Part shown: in pieces, positions 1 to 10,652 of the stretch
How positions within the stretch are numbered: the first letter of the stretch is position 1
Layout of the letters: every line of letters begins with the position of its first letter
DNA from: an uncultured delta proteobacterium
GTDB taxonomy: Bacteria > Myxococcota_A > Polyangia > Polyangiales > JAFGIB01
Direction: 5' to 3'
Assembly: GCA_963778655.1 (NCBI GenBank)
Contig: CAVZVA010000010.1
Location: 1,712,426 to 1,776,425 of the forward strand
Length of the DNA stretch: 64,000 nt
Translations under genes and position numbers: made by a program
Notes under the pieces: model-generated
What the model was told of the DNA's origin: nothing
Database searches by the model: none
Seen by the model: only the letters and a program-made list of their open reading frames with translations

Positions 1-348
1 GTAGCCGGTGCACCACTGGTACTTGCTGTCGAGGATGTCGGGGATGAAGCGCTGCTTCTGCGCCTGCGTGCCGTGCTCGATCAGCGCGGGGCCGACCCAG
101 GCCAGGCCCATGAAGCAGGTGCCGAGCGGCGGCGCCTTGCGACTCGCCATCTCCTCCTTGAGGATCACCTGCTGCATCAGCGTGCCGCCGCCGCCGCCGA
201 CCTCCTTCGGCCAGGCGAAGCCGACCCAGCGCTTCTCGCGCACCCTGCGCAGCCAGGCCGCCATGTCGGTCACCGGCAAGTTCTGGTCCAGGAAGGCGCG
301 CACCTCGTCGCGAAACGCACGCTCGTCGGGGCTCAAGTCGAAGTCCAT
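1..348 (-). CDS. Acyl-CoA dehydrogenase family protein, N-terminal part (runs off window start)
   Basis: Minus-strand translation from ATG at 348: MDFDLSPDERAFRDEVRAFLDQNLP...WVGFAWPKEVGGGGG...GPALIEHGTQAQKQRFIPDILDSKYQWCTGY, a typical ACAD N-terminus. Start overlaps the stop of the upstream ACAD (TGATG). Confidence 0.9.
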   Translation of the reverse strand, partial: MDFDLSPDERAFRDEVRAFLDQNLPVTDMAAWLRRVREKRWVGFAWPKEVGGGGGTLMQQVILKEEMASRKAPPLGTCFMGLAWVGPALIEHGTQAQKQRFIPDILDSKYQWCTGY

Positions 349-1466
349 CACAGCCCTCCGAGCTGGGCGACGCGCTCGTAGTGGTGGTCGGCGTCGCCAA
401 ATTGCGGCCGCACCCACTTGGAGCGCTTGAGGTAGAGCTGCGCGTCGTGCTCGTCGGTGTAGCCGATCGCCCCGTGCAGCTGGATCGCGTCGACTCCGAT
501 GCGCACGAAGGCGTCGCTGGTGTAGGCCTTGGCCATCGAGGCGGCGCGCGGCAGCTCCTGCTCCGCCGCGTCGAGCGCCCAGGCAGCGTAGTACACGAGC
601 GAGCGGGCGGTCTCGAGCTGCACGTGCATCTCCGCCAGCGGATGCTTGACCCCCTGGAAAGCGCCGATCGGCTTGCCGAACTGCACCCGCGTCTTGGCGT
701 AGGCCACGGTGAGCGCAAGCACCGCGGCCGCAGCACCGACAGCCTCCGCCGCGGTGGCGACGGCGCCGGCGTCGAGCAGACGGGAAAGCGCGGCATGCGC
801 GCGCGGCGGCGCGCACAGCAGTTGCTCGCGGCCGAGCCGCACGCCCGACAACCGCAGGTTGCCCATGCGCTTGGTGGTGTCGATCAGCGGATGGCTCTGC
901 GCCTGCACCCCGGCGAGCGTGCGCTCCACCGCAAACAGGCCGAGCCCCTCGGCGCTGCGCGCCGCGACCACGAACAGGTCTGCGCTGCCCGCGTCGTGCA
1001 CGAAGCACTTTTCGCCCTCGAGCACGTAGCCGTCGCCGTCCGGCACGGCGCGCGCCTGCACGTCTTCGCCGCCCGGGCGCTGCCCGCGCTCGAGCAGCGC
1101 CAGCGTGGCGATTAGCTCGCCGCCCGCGATCTTCGGCAGGTAGCGCGCGCGCAGCGCCTCGTCGCCGTGCTCGACCAAGGCGCACGAAGCGAGCAGCGTC
1201 GACAGCAGTGGCGAGGGAACGAGCGCGCCGCCCGTCACCTCGAGCAGCACGATCGCGTCCACCCAGCCGAGCCCGGCGCCGCCGAAGCGCTCGGGCACCA
1301 GCAACCCGAGCATGCCGAGCGTGGCCAGCTCTCGCCACAGCGCGGGGTCGTAGCCCGCTTCCGAGCGCGCGAAGCGCCGCACCTCGGGCATCGGGCTTCT
1401 GCGCTGCACCAGCTTCTGCGCTTGCTCGCGCAGCAGCTCCTGCTCCTCTGTGAACCCGAAGTTCAT
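348..1466 (-). CDS. Acyl-CoA dehydrogenase family protein (likely partner subunit of a heteromeric ACAD)
   Basis: MNFGFTEEQELLR..., RVQFGKPIGAFQGVKH, AIQLHGAIGYTDEHDAQLY motifs; tandem and coupled with a second ACAD. Confidence 0.92.
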   Translation of the reverse strand: MNFGFTEEQELLREQAQKLVQRRSPMPEVRRFARSEAGYDPALWRELATLGMLGLLVPERFGGAGLGWVDAIVLLEVTGGALVPSPLLSTLLASCALVEHGDEALRARYLPKIAGGELIATLALLERGQRPGGEDVQARAVPDGDGYVLEGEKCFVHDAGSADLFVVAARSAEGLGLFAVERTLAGVQAQSHPLIDTTKRMGNLRLSGVRLGREQLLCAPPRAHAALSRLLDAGAVATAAEAVGAAAAVLALTVAYAKTRVQFGKPIGAFQGVKHPLAEMHVQLETARSLVYYAAWALDAAEQELPRAASMAKAYTSDAFVRIGVDAIQLHGAIGYTDEHDAQLYLKRSKWVRPQFGDADHHYERVAQLGGL

Positions 1467-1770
1467 GCGGCCTCCATGCGGGAGGCCAGAACCATACTGC
1501 GCTCAGCGCGGCCTCGGGAAGGCCGCTGCCCCAGTCGACCCCAGATCGCTCGCAAGCCGCCCCGGGCGCGGTCCTGCGCCAACCGGCGAGCGGCACGCCT
1601 CCGCGGAGCCCCGCGCGCCGGGTGCGCCGCGCCGGCGCCTCAAAGGGGCTCGCACAAAGGGGCCCGCACAGCTAGGCGCTGGGCCCCTCGGCCTGCCAGA
1701 TTTCGATTTGGCCGCGGCAGCCCGTGCTTGCGGCAGCGCATAGCGAGGCACAGGAAGCTCTCGTCCGCCA

Positions 1771-2731
1771 TCAGTTGGCCCGGATCAGCGCGATCAGGCC
1801 GGCCAGGCTGATCACGATCACGATCGCAGCCAGCGCGTAGATCAGCACGTCGGCATCGAAGGGCGGCGGCTTGCTCTTGCCCGGCCGAGTCGGGGGTAGG
1901 GTGGGCTCACCCGCGGTGGCCGCGCCGGCTGCGGCCGGTTGTGCGAGGTCGGGCTCGCTCGGGGCCGGCGCCGCACGCGGCGGAGGCGGCGGCAGTGAGC
2001 GGTCGGGCTCGCTGCCCAGCGCGTCAATTTGGCTCGTCTGCCGGCTCCTCGAACAGCAGGCGCGTGGTTCCCAGCACCAGCTCGTCACCGTCGCGCAGCC
2101 TGCGCTGCGCCAGCAGCTGGCCGTTGATGTTCGGCGCCTCCGCGCTGCCGAGCGTCTTGATCAGCACCCCGTCGAGATCGCGGACCAGCTCGGCGTGCTC
2201 CTGCGCCACGGCGGGGTCGGGCAGCACCAGCTGGCAGGCTTCGGCGCGGCCGAGCAGCAGCCGTGCGGGCGGCGGCGGGACGTCCAGGCTCTTGCCGGTT
2301 TCAGGCCCGCTCAGCACGCATAGCCGCGGCCCTTCCACGTGCGCGCCTTGCTGCGACTGTCGGAACAGCCGCCGCGCGAGCTCCGCGGTTCGCTCCATGG
2401 TGGTCGGCTGGGAGAGCACGACCCCGGTGCGGAACGAGAGCGCGTACACGCCGACGTCGATGCGGTCACCGTCGCGCAGCCGTTTCCCGCGGCCTTGCAC
2501 CACGCGCGTACCGTTGACCTGCGTGCCGTTCTTGGAGTCATTGTCGAGGATCACGTAGCTGTCGCCGTCGAGCCGCACGGTGGCATGGGTCTCGCTGACC
2601 GTCAGGTGAGGCAGCCGCACGTCGGCCCCCGGCCCCCTACCGATCACGATCCGCGCTTGCTCGAACCCGTAGCCGACCTCTTCTGGAAGAGGCTCACCCT
2701 CGGCCAGGCTGATCACGAAGCGCACGCCCAT
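1771..2731 (-). pseudogene. Double FHA-domain membrane protein, interrupted by an apparent +1 frameshift near 2027-2030 (real or sequencing error)
   Basis: From ATG 2731: two FHA repeats (IGRGPGADVRLPHLTVSETHA...SKNGTQVNG; LGRAEACQLVLPDPAVAQEHA). The frame stops at 2024, but another frame continues with a Pro-rich linker and a C-terminal TM helix to 1771. Confidence 0.75.
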
Positions 2732-2905
2732 CGAAACCCACAGCCTCCCCACCCCGGCCCCCCCGGTCAAGCTTTCGCTCCCCCCCCCGCGCCCCGGCCC
2801 TTCGCTTCCGCCGTAGTCGTGTTGGCCCCCCGCCCCCCAACCGCGAGCGCCAAAAACTGGACGTGCGCGCCGGGCTCTGCGACCTCCTTTGCTGGAGGAC
2901 CTTCG

Positions 2906-4822
2906 ATGGAACCCAGCCCCGATCGACGCAACGACCGCTCCGAGCGGGTGCCCCTGCGCCTCGCGGTGGAGCTCGGAGACGGCGACTTCCGCGATCCCTT
3001 CGCCGCCGACGCGCTGAACTTCAGCAAGGGCGGCATCTCCGTGCGGGCCGCCTGTCTGCCCGACCTGCACAGCCGCCTGTGGTGTCGTTTCGAGTGTTTG
3101 CCCAGCCGAGCCACGCTCACGGCGCAGGGCGAGGTGGTGTGGGCGCACCTCGACGGCGATTGCAGCGGCGAGTTCGGGCTGGCGTTCGTCGACCTCGACC
3201 CCAAGACCGAATGGCTGCTCGAGGAGATGATCGCCGAGCACGCGGCGCTCGCACGCGGTCACGGCGAGCAGCCCTGCGAGCCGGTCGCGCGGCTGGCCAC
3301 GCTCGAGCTCGAGGGCAGCCCCGCGCCGATCGAGGCGCACCTCGCGCGCCGCGAAGAAGGCGGAGCCGTGTTCGAGCAGCAGCTGGACCTGCTCAGCCTC
3401 GGGCGCGGCGTGCTCGCGCGCGCCCCGGGCTCGGCCGAGCGCACCGGCCGCATCGCCGGCGTGGAGTTGCGCATGGTGGGCAGCGTGCCGATGCTCGCGG
3501 TGACGGTCGCCTTCGAGCAGCGCGAGAGCTACGGCGAGCTCAGCTGGAGCGGCAGCGACCCGGCGCCGGACCACGACACCGAGCCCGACCTGGCGGCGCC
3601 ACCTTCGCGCGCGGGCGGCCCGCAGCCGCACGCGGCCGGCGCGCAGACCACGGTGACCGAGTTCGCGCTCGAGCCGCGCGAGGCCCACGCCGAGCACTCA
3701 CCTGCCGCCCCCGCCGACAACGCCCCGCTGCCGCCAGCCTTGCAGGCCTCGCCGTCGCGCGAGCCGGCTGCGCGTGCATCCGCCGCCCAACCCGCCAAGG
3801 CAGCGGCTGCCGCCGCGGTCGCGAGCGAGCGCGACTTCTCGCGCAGCTTCGCGCTGCCCGGCGACGACGCCGACGACCAGCTCGAAGACGAGCTCGAGGC
3901 GTTTTCCGCCCCGGCCTGGCAGCCGTTGCTGCGCGCCGCGCTGCGCGGGCTGCGCGCACAGCTCGCGATCTTGGGCGTGGCGCTTGCCCGTCTCTGCGCC
4001 GCCGCGTTTCGCCGCGCGCTGCCTGCAGTGCGTGGGACGCAGCTGCGCACCACCTCCACCCTGCGCGCGCTCTACGGCAACGCAATCGGACCGCGGGTGG
4101 GCACCGCCCGCCGCATGCTGCGCGCGCAGCTTCCCGGCAAGCGCCGGCGCACGACCCGCGCCCCGATTGCCGCCCGGCGCGCCGGGTCCGGCTCGCTCGG
4201 CCGCACGCTGCTGTTGGGCCTGCTCGCCGCGCTCGGCGCCGGGCTCGGTGTCTACGCGCTGGGGCCCTTCGGTCACGCCGAGCGCATCGACTTGCCGCGC
4301 GGGGTGCGCCCCGACGCCTCGCCGGCCGCGGTCGCGGCACCGGCAACGCCGGCTGCGGCTGCCGCGCCGGTTGCGCCCGCCCCGAGCGCGAGCGCAGCCG
4401 CGGGCGAGCCGCACGCAGCCGTCGCCGAGGTGGCGGTGGCGAGCGCCGAGCGCGTGCCGCCGTCCTCGCCCTACGCCATCGACGTACGCAAGGCGGGCGC
4501 CGCCAGCGGCGAGCCGGCGCACAAGCTGCGCTTCGGCGCCAGCACGGTTCCCAACGCGCGCCACTTTACGCTGCGTATGAGCGGGCGGGTGCGTACGCTG
4601 CAGGGCACGCCCGACCGGGGCGGCTTCACCGTCGTGATTCCCGGCTGCCTGTCGCTCGATCGCGCCGGGCCGATCGGCTCGGCGCTGAAGTCGGTCGCGC
4701 ACGCCAGGATCATCAACAAGGGCGACCACGCGGAGCTGAGCGTTCGCTTTACAGACGGCAAGCAGCCGGCCTACCGGGTCAGCGCCGACGGCAGCACGCT
4801 CAACGTCGCGATCGAGGAGTAA
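2906..4822 (+). CDS. PilZ-domain membrane protein
   Basis: ATG 2906 with GGAGG upstream; RRNDR (RxxxR) and NFSKGG motifs, GEVVW...FGLAF; low-complexity linker, TM segment, C-terminal beta-rich domain. Confidence 0.8.
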   Translation: MEPSPDRRNDRSERVPLRLAVELGDGDFRDPFAADALNFSKGGISVRAACLPDLHSRLWCRFECLPSRATLTAQGEVVWAHLDGDCSGEFGLAFVDLDPKTEWLLEEMIAEHAALARGHGEQPCEPVARLATLELEGSPAPIEAHLARREEGGAVFEQQLDLLSLGRGVLARAPGSAERTGRIAGVELRMVGSVPMLAVTVAFEQRESYGELSWSGSDPAPDHDTEPDLAAPPSRAGGPQPHAAGAQTTVTEFALEPREAHAEHSPAAPADNAPLPPALQASPSREPAARASAAQPAKAAAAAAVASERDFSRSFALPGDDADDQLEDELEAFSAPAWQPLLRAALRGLRAQLAILGVALARLCAAAFRRALPAVRGTQLRTTSTLRALYGNAIGPRVGTARRMLRAQLPGKRRRTTRAPIAARRAGSGSLGRTLLLGLLAALGAGLGVYALGPFGHAERIDLPRGVRPDASPAAVAAPATPAAAAAPVAPAPSASAAAGEPHAAVAEVAVASAERVPPSSPYAIDVRKAGAASGEPAHKLRFGASTVPNARHFTLRMSGRVRTLQGTPDRGGFTVVIPGCLSLDRAGPIGSALKSVAHARIINKGDHAELSVRFTDGKQPAYRVSADGSTLNVAIEE

Positions 4823-4869
4823 GCGAGCCGGCGCAGCTGGGCTGGCTGCCCGCGCCGATTCGAATACAA

Positions 4870-4940
4870 GAAGGCGGGCGCACGAGAAGCGCAAACGGAT
4901 TCTCTTCCCGCCTTCGCGTCCTCCTGTTGCATTTTCGAAG
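4870..4940. repeat. REP-like palindrome, family B (CAGGAAG/CGGGAAG core)
   Basis: Reverse complement of 4904-4929 (caacaggaggacgcgaaggcgggaag) matches 55933-55958 at 23/26 positions; lies between convergent genes. Confidence 0.7.
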
Positions 4941-4946
4941 CGCGCG

Positions 4947-6605
4947 TCAGTCTTCGCGCGGATCGGGGCGGCAGGCGAGCACCACGTCGAACGTGGTCCC
5001 GCGACCCACCTCGCTCTGCACCGAGATGGTGCCACGGTGCTGCTCCACGATGTTCTTCACGATCGAGAGGCCGAGGCCGGTGCCCTTGCCCTCGCCCTTG
5101 GTGGTGAAGAACGGCTCGAAGATGCGCCGCAGGTTGTCCTCGGTAATGCCCTTGCCGTTGTCGATCACGCGTACCGAGAGCCGGCCGTCGCTGCCCGGCG
5201 CGGTGGTCAGCGTGAGCCGGCCCGCGCCCAACGGCATCGCGTGGCATGCGTTCGTGACCAGGTTGACGAAGACCTGCACCAGCTGTCCCTTGACCCCATA
5301 CACCGGCGGCAGCGTCATGTCGTACTGCTTGTCGATCCGGGCGCCGGTCTCCTCCACCAGGTGCTCGCAGAACACCACCGCCTGGTCGATCAGCTCGTGG
5401 ACCTCGACCGGAACCGGCTTCTCGGTCGAGGGCCGAGCATAGGTGACGAGGTCGCGGGTGAACTTCAGGATCCGATCCGCGCTCTCGACGATGCGGCGCA
5501 GCTTTTCCACGTCGGGCGCGGCCGCGCCGTCGCGCGGCGCCTTCTTCAATAGATAGTCCGCGTAGACAGAGATGCTGGTGAGCGGATTGTTCAGCTCGTG
5601 CACCACGCCGGCAGCGAGCTGGCCCAGGGTGGCGAGCTTCTCTGCGTGGATCACCTGCTCCTCCAGCTCGCGTAGCTCGGTCACGTCGCGGTAGATGTAG
5701 ATCACGCCCTCGACGTCACCGTCGGGGCTCAAGATCGAGGCGGTGTTCACCGCGACCTGAGCGAAGCTTCCGTCGCGCCGAGGCAGTCGCACCTCGACGT
5801 TGGTGCTGGGCTCGCCCCGCAATGCGCTGATGTACACCGGCAGGATGCGCCGCCGCTCGACCTCGGGCAGCAAGCTCAACCAGTCCTTACCCAGGATGTC
5901 GTCGCGCCGAAACGCGGTAATGTTCAGAAAGGCGCGGTTGGCGAACGAGATCTCGCCGTCGCGCCCCATCACCATGATCGGCGCGTTGGCGTGGTCGAGC
6001 AGCTTGCTCAGGTAATCGCGCAGATAGACCGACTCGCGGTGCAGGCGCGAATTGCGCAGCGCGCTGCCGAGCTGCAGGGCGAGCTGCACGATCAGCGGCC
6101 GGTCGTCGGTAGGCGGCGCGGTGTGTTCCGGGTACTCGACCGACAGCACGCCGGCGATGTGCTCGCCATCGATCATCGGCACGTCGAAGCCCTCGTGTCC
6201 GTTGACGAAGAAGGGATGATAGGCGTCGATCGCGGAGATTGGGGCCTCCTCCGGCCCCGGCAGCGCGAAGCCGTGACGCTGCAGTGCTTCGCGTGTGAGC
6301 TCGATGCGGTCTCTGCGCTCGGGACGCAACCGTCCGGTCGCGTACACCATGCTCAGCCCGTTGCCCTGCGCGCCCAGCAGGCGCACGCAGAACAGCCGCT
6401 CCGGGAACAGCCGCTTGAAACGCTCGATATAGGCGTGCACGACCTCGTCGGTGTGCATGACCACGGTCACCGCGCGGCTGAGCTCGAGCACCGCCTCGAG
6501 CACTTGGTGGGGTCCGGGGGCGCGCAGCCGGACGTGGGTTCCACGGCCGCTTTCGATCTCGAGCGCCTCGTCCTCCACGTTCTCGCCGTCCCGTCCCATG
6601 GTCAC
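4947..6605 (-). CDS. Sensor histidine kinase (GAF-PAS-HisKA-HATPase)
   Basis: H-box HELNNPL, N-box [36 protein letters not shown] start overlaps the upstream stop (GTGA). Confidence 0.93.
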   Translation of the reverse strand: MTMGRDGENVEDEALEIESGRGTHVRLRAPGPHQVLEAVLELSRAVTVVMHTDEVVHAYIERFKRLFPERLFCVRLLGAQGNGLSMVYATGRLRPERRDRIELTREALQRHGFALPGPEEAPISAIDAYHPFFVNGHEGFDVPMIDGEHIAGVLSVEYPEHTAPPTDDRPLIVQLALQLGSALRNSRLHRESVYLRDYLSKLLDHANAPIMVMGRDGEISFANRAFLNITAFRRDDILGKDWLSLLPEVERRRILPVYISALRGEPSTNVEVRLPRRDGSFAQVAVNTASILSPDGDVEGVIYIYRDVTELRELEEQVIHAEKLATLGQLAAGVVHELNNPLTSISVYADYLLKKAPRDGAAAPDVEKLRRIVESADRILKFTRDLVTYARPSTEKPVPVEVHELIDQAVVFCEHLVEETGARIDKQYDMTLPPVYGVKGQLVQVFVNLVTNACHAMPLGAGRLTLTTAPGSDGRLSVRVIDNGKGITEDNLRRIFEPFFTTKGEGKGTGLGLSIVKNIVEQHRGTISVQSEVGRGTTFDVVLACRPDPRED

Positions 6606-8617
6606 TCGCCGTCTTCACTCGGCTCCGGATCGTCGCCGCTGGCTCGGTCGAGATCCAGGATTCTCTGGTCTCCGACGTACGATTTGGTCTCGTAGCGCGT
6701 CAGCTTGCCGATCTTGCGTACGATCTCGGCCATGCGCTGCGCTTCCTGGTGGATCACCTCGGCTCCGCGATGGGTGGGGGAATCGCTGGGTAGCTTGCGC
6801 AGCAGCAGCTCCGCGTAGCCCATCACGCTGGTCAGCGGCTGGTTCAGCTCGTGCGCCGTCGCGCCCGCCAGCTCGGCCACCAGCGCCTGCTTCTCGCTCA
6901 CCGCGAGCTTCTCCTGGGCTTGCGCCAGTTGTTGCTCGACGCGCACCCGCTCGCGCAGATCGGTGAAGATGCCGAAGGTGGCCGTGGGCCGCCCGTCCTC
7001 GTCGTAGATCACGGCGGCCGTGAGCGAGATCGGGAAGATCGTCCCGCGTTGATCGACCGCCTCGATTCTGACTGGCTCCAGCCGGCCGACGCCGCCGTGA
7101 TTACGGCTGCGCAGCATGCGCATTACCTCGCGCGCGCCGTCGCCGGGATAGAGCGCGGTCACGTTCATCTTCCCGATCACATCGTCTGCGCGGTGCCCGT
7201 AGAGCTGCTGCGCCCCCTTGTTGAACAGCACGATCGTGCCGTCCATGTCGGCGGCCACGATCGCGTCGACGCTGGCGTCGATCAGCGACTGCAGGAAGTT
7301 CCGGGTGTGCACCAGGTCGTCGCGCGTCTTGCGATCCTCGGTGACGTCGCGAAACGACAGCAGCACCGCGCCCTCGGTCCCCGCCAGCGGCGAGAAGGAG
7401 CCGTTGATCACGATGCGTTTGCCGTTCTTGTGCGAGATGCCGATGTCGACATTGTGCGGATACTCGCCGTCGCCGAGTTGTTGCCGCAGCTTGGTTACCG
7501 TGCGCCGCTCGCCCGCCGGCACCAGCTCCCACAGCGGCTTGCCCAGCGAGACCTCCGCCTCGTAGCCGAGAATGGCGTGCGCGCTCGGGTTGGCGAACAG
7601 CATGCGCCCGTCGAGGTCGAAGGCCGCCAGCCCGTCGGCGGCCGACGAGAGCAGATCGGCATAGCGCTTGAGCACGCTCAGGCGCTTCTCGGCCTCGATC
7701 CGCGCGTGGGTATCGCGCTGCGTCTCGTCGCGCAGCGACTGCAAGATGCGCGCGTTGCGCAAGGCCACCGCGGTGGCGTTGGCCAGCACCTCGCAGAAGT
7801 CGAGCTGGTGGCTGCTGAGCGCCCCGCGGCGCGTGCGCGCGCGCACGAACAGCACGCCCATCGGCTGCTCCTCCCACACGATCGGGATCAGGGTCAGCGC
7901 GGAAAGGCCGGCGTCGGAGACCGACCGGCGCACCTCGTCCAGCAGCGGGTGATGGTCGACGTCCTGGATCGTCAGCGACTCCCGCGTCTTGAGCGCGTGG
8001 CGTATCTCCGGGTATTTGGCCAGGTCGAGCTTCAGGTTCTGCAGCTTCTCGTCGTCGCTCGCGGCCACCACGTAGCCCACCGTGCCCTCGTCCGGCACCA
8101 GCACGATCGAGACGCGGTCGACGTCGATCACGCTCGCGATGCGGCTGACCAGGATGTAGAGGATCTCCTGGAAGTCGAGCGACGACACCAGCGTGCGCGT
8201 CAGCTCGAGCAGCAGCTCGGAGGTCGGTCCTTCGTTCTCGCCCCAGGTGCGCCGCGAGCGCCGCGACAACCGTGCCTGCACCCGCGCCAGCAGCTCGCCT
8301 TCGCGCGGCGGCAGCAGCAAGACGTCATCCGCCCCTCGGGCCAGGGCCGCGGGCAAGCGGGCATCGTCGGCGCGCGGCGCCGTGATCAGGATCGGCGCGC
8401 GCGTGGCAGCCCGCAGCGCCGCCGCCTGCGAGCCGGCGCTCTGGGGCGTCGCGGCGTACAGCAGCACCACCCCGGCCGTGGCGGCTTCGACCGCGAGGTC
8501 GTCGGCGTCGGCTCTGCGCTCGCGCAGCTCGAAGGGCGCGTCCTGCGGGAGCCCGAGCGCGGCGCGCTCGGCCTCGGCGCCTTCCCATACGATCAGCAGA
8601 CGCGGCCTTGGCTCCAT
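6602..8617 (-). CDS. Pseudo-receiver-GAF-PAS-PAS-HisKA protein lacking a HATPase domain
   Basis: Degenerate REC, GAF, two PAS domains, H-box AHELNQPLTSVMG, then the protein ends with no N/G1/F/G2 boxes. Confidence 0.85.
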   Translation of the reverse strand: MEPRPRLLIVWEGAEAERAALGLPQDAPFELRERRADADDLAVEAATAGVVLLYAATPQSAGSQAAALRAATRAPILITAPRADDARLPAALARGADDVLLLPPREGELLARVQARLSRRSRRTWGENEGPTSELLLELTRTLVSSLDFQEILYILVSRIASVIDVDRVSIVLVPDEGTVGYVVAASDDEKLQNLKLDLAKYPEIRHALKTRESLTIQDVDHHPLLDEVRRSVSDAGLSALTLIPIVWEEQPMGVLFVRARTRRGALSSHQLDFCEVLANATAVALRNARILQSLRDETQRDTHARIEAEKRLSVLKRYADLLSSAADGLAAFDLDGRMLFANPSAHAILGYEAEVSLGKPLWELVPAGERRTVTKLRQQLGDGEYPHNVDIGISHKNGKRIVINGSFSPLAGTEGAVLLSFRDVTEDRKTRDDLVHTRNFLQSLIDASVDAIVAADMDGTIVLFNKGAQQLYGHRADDVIGKMNVTALYPGDGAREVMRMLRSRNHGGVGRLEPVRIEAVDQRGTIFPISLTAAVIYDEDGRPTATFGIFTDLRERVRVEQQLAQAQEKLAVSEKQALVAELAGATAHELNQPLTSVMGYAELLLRKLPSDSPTHRGAEVIHQEAQRMAEIVRKIGKLTRYETKSYVGDQRILDLDRASGDDPEPSEDGE

Positions 8618-8748
8618 TCGCGCGCGAGATCCCCAGGCAGAGACATTAGAATCCTACGCCATCGGCGGACCTACTCAAAGCAGGCCATGGCGGCTGCGCG
8701 CCGATCGGCTAGGCTGGGGCTCCCGTGACGGCACCCGCAACACCCTCC

Positions 8749-9573
8749 ATGTCGCCCGAAAGGCAAGCACCGATTGGAGTATTCGACTCTGGCTTGGGCG
8801 GGCTGACCGTCGTGCGCGCGATTATGGAGCGGCTTCCCCGGGAAAACCTGGTCTATCTCGGGGACAACGCCCGCGTGCCCTACGGCACGCGCAGCCCCAA
8901 GACCGTGCTGAGCTACGCCCGCAGCTGCGCGCGCGGGCTGCGCGAGTACCAGATCAAGCTGCTGGTCGTTGCCTGCAACACCGTAAGCGCGGTCGCGCTC
9001 GAGCTGCTGGCGGTCGAGCTCGACATCCCGGTGCTCGGCGTGATCGAGCCGGGCGCGCGTGCCGGGGTGCGGCGCAGCCAGAGCGGCCGCATCGGCGTGA
9101 TCGCCACCGCGGCGACAGTCGACTCCGGCGCGTATCCGCGCGCGGTCGCCAGCGCCGAGACGCGCGCCCAGACCAGCATGGCGGCGGCTCCGCTGCTGGT
9201 CCCGCTGGCTGAGGAGGGCTGGACCGAGGGCGAGGTGCCTGCGCTCGCCGTGCGCCGCTACCTCGAGCCGCTGGTGCGCGCGGGCATCGACACGCTGGTG
9301 CTCGGCTGCACGCACTATCCGCTGCTGCGCGGCGAGATCTCGCGCGCGCTCGCCGCGCTCAGCAACCGCCAGATCCCGGTGGTCGACAGCGCCGAGGCGA
9401 CCGCGGAGGAGCTCGCCGCCCTGCTCGAGACTCGCGGGCTGCAGGCGCAACGCGCCGAGCAGGGCGAGCTGCGGCTGCTGGTTACCGACGTGCCCAAGCG
9501 CTTCGGCGAGGTCGCCTCGCGCTTCCTGGGCCGCTCGCTCAGCGGGCTGCAGGTTGAGGCGATCGATCTGTGA
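8749..9573 (+). CDS. murI: Glutamate racemase
   Basis: IGVFDSGLGGLTV, VPYG, VACNT, LVLGCTHYP motifs. Confidence 0.96.
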   Translation: MSPERQAPIGVFDSGLGGLTVVRAIMERLPRENLVYLGDNARVPYGTRSPKTVLSYARSCARGLREYQIKLLVVACNTVSAVALELLAVELDIPVLGVIEPGARAGVRRSQSGRIGVIATAATVDSGAYPRAVASAETRAQTSMAAAPLLVPLAEEGWTEGEVPALAVRRYLEPLVRAGIDTLVLGCTHYPLLRGEISRALAALSNRQIPVVDSAEATAEELAALLETRGLQAQRAEQGELRLLVTDVPKRFGEVASRFLGRSLSGLQVEAIDL

Positions 9574-10333
9574 GCAGCGTTTCGATGCGCGCCTGCACGT
9601 CGCCGGCATCGGGCGCGGGCTCGGCCTCGCGCAGATACGTGCGATAGTAGTCCACCGCGTCGGCCGGTCGTCCCAGCCGCTCGGCCGCCAGCGCCATGTC
9701 GTATGCCAGCTCCGGCAGCGACGCGAATCGGCGCGCGGCGCCGAAGGCCGCCAGCGCAGCTTCGTAGCGTGCGGCCGCGAACAGCTTCTTGCCGCGCTCG
9801 AAGAAGGTGCGCGCTTCGGCCGCCAGCGCCGCGCGCGAAGGCGGGGGCGCGCGCAGCTGCGCGCGCTGGCGTGCCTTGAGCGCCAGCAGCTTGTCGATAC
9901 GCGCCTCGATCTGCGCCCGCTCCGCCGCCGTCACCTGCGACTGGGCCAGGTAGGCGCGGAAGTGGCGCACGGCCGGCGTCGGCTCGCCCACGCGCTCGTA
10001 GAGGCGCGCCAGATCGAACTCGATCTCGGGCGAAGGCGCCAGCGCATAGGCGCGCGACAGGTGCGCGAGCGCCTGTTTCAGTCGTCCGGCCCGGTAAGCG
10101 GCCCGACCCTGCTCGAACTCGGCGCGCGCCGGCGCCAGCTTGTCGCCGGCCGGCGCGGCCGCCGCGGGCTGCGGCTGTACGCGCTTGGCCTGCGCGGGCG
10201 CTGGCTCGGCTGCCGGCGGCTGCGCGCGCGCCAGCGCGCGGGGCAGCGCCAGCGCGAGCGCTAGCGAGATCGCCGCGCCCGCCGCGGCCGCGCGCGGCCG
10301 CCCCGCTCTCGCCCTGCCCCCCGCCGCGCTCAC
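9539..10333 (-). CDS. Secreted TPR-repeat protein
   Basis: Signal-like hydrophobic segment and two TPR-like blocks (ARAEFEQGRAAYRAG..., ARTFFERGKKLFAAARY...). Confidence 0.7.
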   Translation of the reverse strand: MSAAGGRARAGRPRAAAAGAAISLALALALPRALARAQPPAAEPAPAQAKRVQPQPAAAAPAGDKLAPARAEFEQGRAAYRAGRLKQALAHLSRAYALAPSPEIEFDLARLYERVGEPTPAVRHFRAYLAQSQVTAAERAQIEARIDKLLALKARQRAQLRAPPPSRAALAAEARTFFERGKKLFAAARYEAALAAFGAARRFASLPELAYDMALAAERLGRPADAVDYYRTYLREAEPAPDAGDVQARIETLLTDRSPQPAAR

Positions 10334-10355
10334 CGTCCCGCCGCCGCCGGCGCGC

Positions 10356-10652
10356 TCAACCCGCCGAATCGCGCACCTTGGCGCCGTCCCGCCGCGACGA
10401 GCGCTGCGCCTCGATCTCGCGCTCCAGCTTGCGCACGGTACGCCGCAGCTCGCGCACCTCGGCTTCGGTCGCGAGGCTCAAGCTCTTGGCGACGCGCTGC
10501 GCACGCGACACCAGATCCTGCTGGACCTTGGCCCGCAGCTGCAGCGCACCCATCAGACCCTGCATCACCCTCGGGTTCTGCAGCGCCTTCATCACGCGTG
10601 GATCCTGCACCACGCGCAACGCACGGTTCATCAACTCTTGTTTCAAGTCCAA
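10356..10652 (-). CDS. Hypothetical small helical/coiled-coil protein
   Basis: MDLKQELMNRALRVVQDPRVMKALQNPRVM...SLATEAEVRELRRTVRKLE; plausible codon use, within a minus-strand gene run. Confidence 0.65.
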   Translation of the reverse strand: MDLKQELMNRALRVVQDPRVMKALQNPRVMQGLMGALQLRAKVQQDLVSRAQRVAKSLSLATEAEVRELRRTVRKLEREIEAQRSSRRDGAKVRDSAG

